A DNA stretch of 64,000 nucleotides from Octopus vulgaris (Eukaryota), in contig OX597825.1 of NCBI GenBank assembly GCA_951406725.2, positions 52,700,001 through 52,764,000 of the forward strand, written 5' to 3'. The notes beneath the pieces are model-generated. The model was not told where the DNA came from. It did no database searches and saw only the letters and a program-made list of their open reading frames with translations. The stretch's first letter is position 1; every line of letters starts with the position of its first letter. Shown one piece after another: positions 56,932 through 64,000 of this stretch. A program made the translations under genes and the position numbers.

Positions 56932-59082
56932 TTCATCATCATTCCCTATAATATTCTGCTTGTTGCAGTATACATTTGTGTTAGACTTCAGACGAAAGCA
57001 ATAAGAGTAAGTTTTGCCTTTTTCGAAAGAAAAAAATAGTGAAAGTGTTTCTCCGGACAAAAATATAAAGAGAAAAAAATATCTTTGTAATACTAAGGAA
57101 AGCTGGATCTAGTGTCAGTAAATAATTGTTCAAATCTATCATTAGAATCAGTAGAATGCCACATACATCCAGGATTTTCATTATGAGCAGATTATATCAA
57201 TGAATGTTTATTTCTACTTGCACTGTGTCCCCACTCCCCCTTATACTCTTGAAAACCAACCAACACTCATATATCCTTTGTGCCCACTTTTACTCACCTC
57301 ATACCTTGAGGGGCTACCAAGATACCTATCACCACTGTTCTATCTCTTCCCAGCTTCACCCTATCATTCTCACCCTCCCTTCTAAATGTGAGCTTCTACA
57401 GCAAGAAACCTGTTCTTCTCTCTCATTGTTTAGCTTCTCATTTCCTGGCATAAAAGCTGCACCCCACTCCTGCCACCTCAGGTTCGTAGTCTTGCAAGCT
57501 GCATGGTAACCTTACTAGTGCAGGTGGCATGAAAACAAGCACCCAGTATATGTTGTAAAGTGGTTGGCTTTAGAGGAGGACATCTCACCATAGAAATCAT
57601 GCGAAGTAGACACTGGAACTTGATGCACTCCTTAAATCACTGGGTCCTGTCAAACTGCTCAACCTTTACCAGTACAGAACATGGATGTTAAATGATGATG
57701 ATGAAGCCAGCACTTTGCTATCATTACTGACTGCTTGTTTTAAGGCTACAAACTGGGAGAATCATTAGCAGCATTTCATCTGTCTTTACATTCTGAGCAA
57801 AAATTTCACCAAGGTAGGTTTTGAGCTTTCATCCTTTCATGGTCAATAAAACAAGTATCAGTTGAGCACTGGAGTCAACATAATCAACTATGCCCCACCT
57901 GCCCCAAAGTTTTAGGCTTTGTGCCTATTAGTAGAATTGATTATTGATTGCATGTGTTTCTTCCTAATTTTATTGTCTCGGAAATCAATTTCCTGTTTTT
58001 TATGAAGGGGAGACAATTTCACCTTTCAATTCGACACAGAACAAGAAATGATTTTTCACCACACAAACATTGAAATATAAGTAAAATATGCATTTTGTAG
58101 TGCTGCAAGAACTATAACATGCTGCAAGACAAAATACGTCTCCCCATAAATATGAATGGCACTTCAGCTGACACACTGGTACCAGGCAGCAGAATTTTCC
58201 TACAAGTCATAAAACCACTACTGCATTTTATTAGAGAAAATCGACATTATGCAATCTGCAGCACCAACAAAAAACACCATATTTATTTCACTATCTTGAT
58301 CCAATGTGTTACCTTCTTTAATTTCACAATGGTGAGAATGGATGGCACCAAGATATGTACCATGTTGAAGAATGAAGAACCCTTGTTTGAAATATAGTAA
58401 CTATTATGGAAAACTTCTGTTACCATTGAACATACAGAGTTGGCTTCAATGTTATTCACATATCTAAAGAAACCTATTCAAAAATATTGAATTAATGAGT
58501 ATATCAAAGATGAATGATACCATTTACAGCTGGTAAGAAGCAATCGGCTGGTTGAACAGTACAATGGACTGATGTATTGCCTTGGGACTAAGGAATACTA
58601 GAATTTGTTATGTTGTAACTGATATGACTAAATCTGAATTTATATAACCTCAGTCCATTGGTCATTGTCATAAAAATTTGTAACATAATGAAACATTTAT
58701 GGAGACATACACATATATGTATTATCTTTTACTCCTTCCACTCACTGGACTGCAGCCATGCTGGGGTAATGCCGTCATAGATTTAGCCATGCTGGGGTAA
58801 TGCCGTCATAAATAGACCCTAGTAGTTCTTTTAATTCTGGTTCGCATCTTGTCAACCTTTTTTGCTGAATTGCTAAACAGAAACATCACACACACATATG
58901 ATGGGTTTTCACATGATATCCATCTACTGAATTCACTCACAGGGCATTGGCTGGCCCAGTGCTATAGAAAAAGACACATACTCAAGTTGTCACACAGTGA
59001 ACTGCAACCCAAAATCATATGACTGCAAAGTAAGCTTAACAACCATGACTACATCGGCCTATCTATACAACATCTTTGAATG

Positions 59083-59745
59083 CAGTTCTATTTTTAAGAG
59101 ATGAGGAATGATGTGCATTATTTACATTATTTACATTTGATGGATATTTGTCCTCATCTTGTTTGTTGTTAACACAATGTTTCAGCTGAAATACCCTCCT
59201 TGCGATCACAATATAGCGGCGAAAGAATTTGACAAGATCAGTAAATATAAAGACTTGCAAATAGAAATTGAAAAAATGTGGCATCTTATGGTGACTACAA
59301 TACCAGTGATTGTAGGATCTCTAGGAATGATAAAAAAAAAGGTAGTGAAACCTATTTGAAAATGATACCAGGCTTACCATCCCTACATGAAGGTACTGAG
59401 AAGAGCATTATCGCAGTGGAAACAACATCCATTCATGAATTTGTTAATTTTTTAAATACATATTTTACCTGTGAATTTGCACGTGTAATCTAGGAATGCA
59501 TACAATGAGCTTCTCTGCCTTAAGTGTATGGAAAACACTCAGCGAGAAACGAAAGAAAATTTGAAGAAAGAAGGAAAAAATAATAATAATAACATCGAAA
59601 AATACCTTAGGAATGAGAACCGAGGTTCGAAATTTCCGCAAGACACCCGAAGAAAGTTGGAGAGTATATCAGCTGAAATGTTGTGCTAACAACAAACAAG
59701 ATGAGGATAAATATCAGTCAAATGTAAATAATGTAAATAATGTAT
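59083..59745. mobile_element. Second copy of the 48.1-kb fold-back family, interrupted by a retrotransposon fragment
   Basis: Arms match 48104-48484 (gatgaggaa...tttacattatttacatttga...ttaacacaa); the hammerhead core has decayed to CCGAAGA. Confidence 0.8.
59198..59580 (+). mobile_element. 3' end of an R4/Dong-like non-LTR retrotransposon (restriction-like endonuclease C-terminus)
   Basis: PCDHNIAAKEFDKISKYKDLQIEIEKMWH...IPVIVGSLGMIKK contains the KxxKY and PxxxGxLG motifs of RLE domains; it ends at (TAA)n. Confidence 0.75.
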
Positions 59746-60407
59746 CTTTGAATACATTTGCACAATATTGAGTTTCTATGGTTCTCTATTTGCTATTATT
59801 ATTACAGGGCACTGGACTAGCAAAATCATTAGAGTGTTGAATGAAATGGTTTGTGGTATTTGCTGTAGCTATATGTTCTAAGATCAAATCCAGCTGTGGT
59901 TAACTTTACCCCTCATGCCTTCAGGCTTGAACCAGCTGAGTACTAAGGCTGAATTAATCGACTATTACACACCTGTGATTATGCCTGTATTACAAACAAC
60001 CTTTATTATCACCATCATTGATAGGAAAAACATGTTAATTCCTCTGCAAACCTATATTTTATTCTACTAATGCATTGGTTAAAAACTAAGTCTTTATTTC
60101 ATGCCAGAGTAAGATGTTGCAAATGTGAGGTGTTGACTGTCTCTACCCAAAGCATAGAGTCAGAAAAGGTTGCTGATAAACTGTTACAAACAAGTTACAG
60201 TGCTCAATCAAGTGCAATTACTGTTAATAAATATAATTAATTCTGTCTGGCTTCAGAGTTTCACACTCACACACACACACATAACACAATGTATATTCAC
60301 AGAGGTGTGTGTATAATGATTTAATTAATTCAGAAAATGATGCAGAACAATGAAAAATCTTAGTTAATTAGAAAATCTCTGCTTGTCTATGAATTATATA
60401 TACATAC

Positions 60408-60465
<58 letters not shown>

Positions 60466-60882
60466 GTATGTATATATGTATGTATGCAGAATACTCATAT
60501 TGCATGTGCACATAATCATATGCATATCTACATACATATAAATATATACATATATATATACGTACATGCATACAAATACATTATACTCATTCTGTATGTT
60601 CCCATAATCACACACATATATAAGCATGTGGGTATTTATATATATATGTATAAAATATTAGAAAAAAAGCACCTTTTATCAATTGAAAATGAATAATTAA
60701 ATTACACCATCTAGAAAATTACATATAATAGAAAAGTTAAAATTAAAATAACAATAAAATGTAAAGATTAAGTAAATTGCAAAAATAATAATAAAAATGT
60801 ATATAATAGGTATATATATATATATTTATATTTATGTATATATTTATATATATATTTATGTATATATATATATCTATATCTA

Positions 60883-60921
<39 letters not shown>

Positions 60922-61019
60922 GCCACCACAGCAAATGAACAGTAAATGATGATCATTATATATATACACACTCATATAATTGTTGAATAATTTGAACATC
61001 TGCTGCTTAATAATAATTA

Positions 61020-61228
61020 TTTCAAATTTTGGCACAAGGCCAGCAAGTTTGGAGAAGGAGGGGCTAGTCAAATGCATTGATCCCACTGGTACTTATTTTA
61101 TTGACCCCAAAAGGATAAAAGGCAAAGCGGACCTTGGCAGCATTTTAACTCAAAATGTAAAAGTCGACAAAATGCTGTTAAGCCTATTATCTGGCACAAT
61201 AGCGATTCTGCTAGCTTGCCACCTTCTG
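61020..61228 (-). mobile_element. Old SINE (probably Nin-domain type); further copies near 50920, 51150, 57770 and 61410
   Basis: Minus strand gcctttt atcctttt ggggtcaataaaataagtaccagt resembles my recollection of the Nin/Deu central domain. Confidence 0.5.
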
Positions 61229-62125
61229 CTGATTAATAATGATAAATAATGATATACACCCTGTTTACCAGTATGTAAGAAGTGCTTTCTTAGATGCAAA
61301 AAATTACATCAAGTTTAACATGGTCATATTACAGATGACAGACCATGCACCATAGACTATGGAGCCAGATAAGCATAAGTCCACATGGTCCAACAATAAA
61401 AATTGATTTCATATTGGTACAAGGCCAGCAGTTTGAGGGAGGGGCTCAATTGATTGAATATACCCCAGTGTTCTGCTGGCATTTATTTTATCGACCTTGA
61501 ATGAATGAAAGGTAGAGTCAAACTCAATGGAATTTGAACTCAGAATGTAAAAAATGCCACTAAGCATCTTGTCCAGCGTACTAAGAATTCTACCAGCTTG
61601 CCACCTTCCAATAATAAAATATTGAAAACAGGCCAAAATATCACAGTGTTCTAGCAGAAAAAAACTCATGAAAATTTTCTTAGTCTTTTGGCAGTTATAT
61701 GAGAAGGGGAAATCATCTCTTTATGCCTCCTTCTTGGTACATGGCTTGCAGCATTTAATGACTGTTATGTTTAAGAAACTAGTTTTTGATTATCAAATGC
61801 AAAACTCTAGAAACATGAAAAGAACTTAAATTAAAGTTGCCAGACATTTGCAACTAGTGAATGACAACTAAACCATAGCCTTGGTGTGCATCCATGGTGG
61901 TCAAACACACTTACACAAAACATCACAGGCAGAAAGACAAGTTTTACGTTTTGTACAGCAATTCATTCTACCAAATTATAAACAAATATACAGCTCATCT
62001 GAAAGAAAATAAAACTGAAATATTGCAACAGTATATAATAATATACTGTTTTCAAATTTTGGGACAAGGCTGGCAATTTTAGGGGCGGGAGTAAGTCGGT
62101 TAAATTGCCACCATTCTCATATATG

Positions 62126-62179
<54 letters not shown>

Positions 62180-62184
62180 TAATA

Positions 62185-63183
62185 ATAAATATTAGGGAAT
62201 AAATCCAAACTTACAGGGAAAAATCAGATTTAGGATTGAATCCAATTTTATAGTAAAATATTATATTATATTAAATTAGAGACAAAACCACTATTAGGCA
62301 AATCAAACAATGAAAAACTTATGCCAATACATAAGATTATTTAATTTATATTATTTAAATATATAACAAAATTATTAAAAAAATATAATTAATATCACAC
62401 TACGATTGTTTCATGGCTGCTAACTTCTTCAAATTTTTGAGTCACAGTCATTCATCAGGTGGTTTAAATATCTAAAATATAATCAGTATTTTTAAGATAT
62501 AAATAATATATATAATATAATAATTTTACTTATAATAAACTCTATTATTAAATATGATTATATCAAAATCGACTATAATGTTAAATATTAACTTTAATTT
62601 ATAAGGTAGGAAACCCATAATCTAATATCAATATTAGTCTATATCTAATTACATAAATATTTAAAATGACTAATATATATAAATTATCAATGAAAATATA
62701 TATAAATATTATAAACACTAATAAAAATGATTATAATATTTATATATATTTTCATTGATAATTTATATATATTAGTCATTTTAAATATTTATGTAATTAG
62801 ATATAGACTAATATTGATATTAGATTATGGGTTTCCTACCTTATAAATTAAAGTTAATATTTAACATTATAGTCGATTTTGATATAATCATATTTAATAA
62901 TAGAGTTTATTATAAGTAAAATTATTATATTATATATATTATTTATATCTTAAAAATATTGATTATATTTTAGATATTTAAACCACCTGATGAATGACTG
63001 TGACTCGAAAATTTGAAGAAGTTAGCAGCCATGAAACGATCGTAGTGTGATATTAATTATATTTTTTTAATAATTTTGTTATATATTTAAATAATATTAA
63101 TTAAATAATCTTATGTATTGGCTTAAGTTTTTCATTGTTTGATTTGCTTAATAGTGGTTTTGTCTCTAATTTAATATAATATA
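62185..63183. mobile_element. AT-rich fold-back element (~450-bp arms, 16-nt spacer) with a hammerhead in each arm
   Basis: Arms 62262-62714 and 62731-63183 are nearly perfect inverted repeats; (TA)n on both flanks. Confidence 0.88.
62984..63047 (+). ncRNA. Type I hammerhead ribozyme (antisense twin at approx. 62398-62461)
   Basis: cac CTGATGA atgactg tgact...agtta g cagccat GAAA cgatcg TA gtg. Stem III is the palindrome acgatcgt; the triplet is GUA. Confidence 0.78.
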
Positions 63184-63226
<43 letters not shown>

Positions 63227-63476
63227 TAACTATTTGAGGGAATATTAATCCTAACTTACAGGGAAAAATTCAATTTAGAAATACTAAATCAAATTTCACA
63301 CAATATAATATATATATATAAAAAAATTAGAAAAAAACCCACCTTTTATCAATTCAAAATGAGCAATTAAATTACACCATCTAGAAAATTACATATAATA
63401 GAAATATTAGAATTAAAATAACAATAATATACTGATGATTAAGTAAATTGCAAAAAAAATAAAAACGTATATAATT

Positions 63477-63516
<40 letters not shown>

Positions 63517-63569
63517 CGTGTGTGTTTGTATATATATATATATATATACGTATATATACATATATATAT

Positions 63570-64000
63570 ATGGTCATGTGTTGCGAATGAATGAGGATAG
63601 CTGTGTGAAAAATTGTCACACCCTAGCAGTTGAGGGGACTTGAGGAAGAAGTAGACCCAGGATGAGGTGGTGAAGCATGACCTTTGAACATTGGGCCTTA
63701 CCAAGGCAATGACTAGTGACCGGGACCTTTGGAGATATGCTGTGCTTGAGAAGACTTGGCAAGCCAAGTGAGACCATAGCCTATGGCCTATGCCAGTGGG
63801 TGTAACCAGCCCATTTATGAATACCCCTCTTTTATTGGACAATAGACCTACTGAGGCAAGTGAAACCAAAATCAAAATTGCTGACATGGTCGATGACAGT
63901 ATCACTTGATTGTCACTCATGCCAGTGGAACATTAAAAGCACATCTGAACATGGGGTGTAACCGGCCCACTTATGAGTACCCTTCATTTATTGGACAATG
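63570..64000 (+). mobile_element. RTE LINE 3' fragment
   Basis: tggtcatgtgttgcgaatg...gcagttgaggggac...gtgaagcatgacctt matches 19890-20100. Confidence 0.85.

Noticed and set aside
58754-58810. 31-bp tandem micro-duplication
   Set aside because: An ordinary slippage duplication within a decayed SINE.

Overview
This is AT-rich eukaryotic intronic or intergenic DNA made almost entirely of repeats. The repeat complement (RTE and CR1-type LINE remnants, tRNA-derived SINEs, Helentron-like elements, Tc1 fossils, abundant (TA)n) resembles an octopus/cephalopod genome; that assignment is inference. I see no convincing host gene, and most of the ORF track is microsatellite noise. The main hidden signal is a set of non-coding elements of about 150-600 bp per unit, usually embedded in (TA)n tracts and arranged as tandem arrays and/or fold-back inverted repeats. 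Each carries a type I hammerhead ribozyme motif (stem I-CUGANGA-stem II-GAAA-short, usually palindromic stem III-GUH-stem I). At least seven distinct sequence families show this, plus three degenerate cases. The clearest is an array of 9 direct and about 2 inverted 492-bp units at 41.1-46.6 kb. The set looks like a retrozyme / Penelope pseudo-LTR-like system of self-cleaving, potentially circular RNAs. All folds were deduced by eye; no search or folding program was run.
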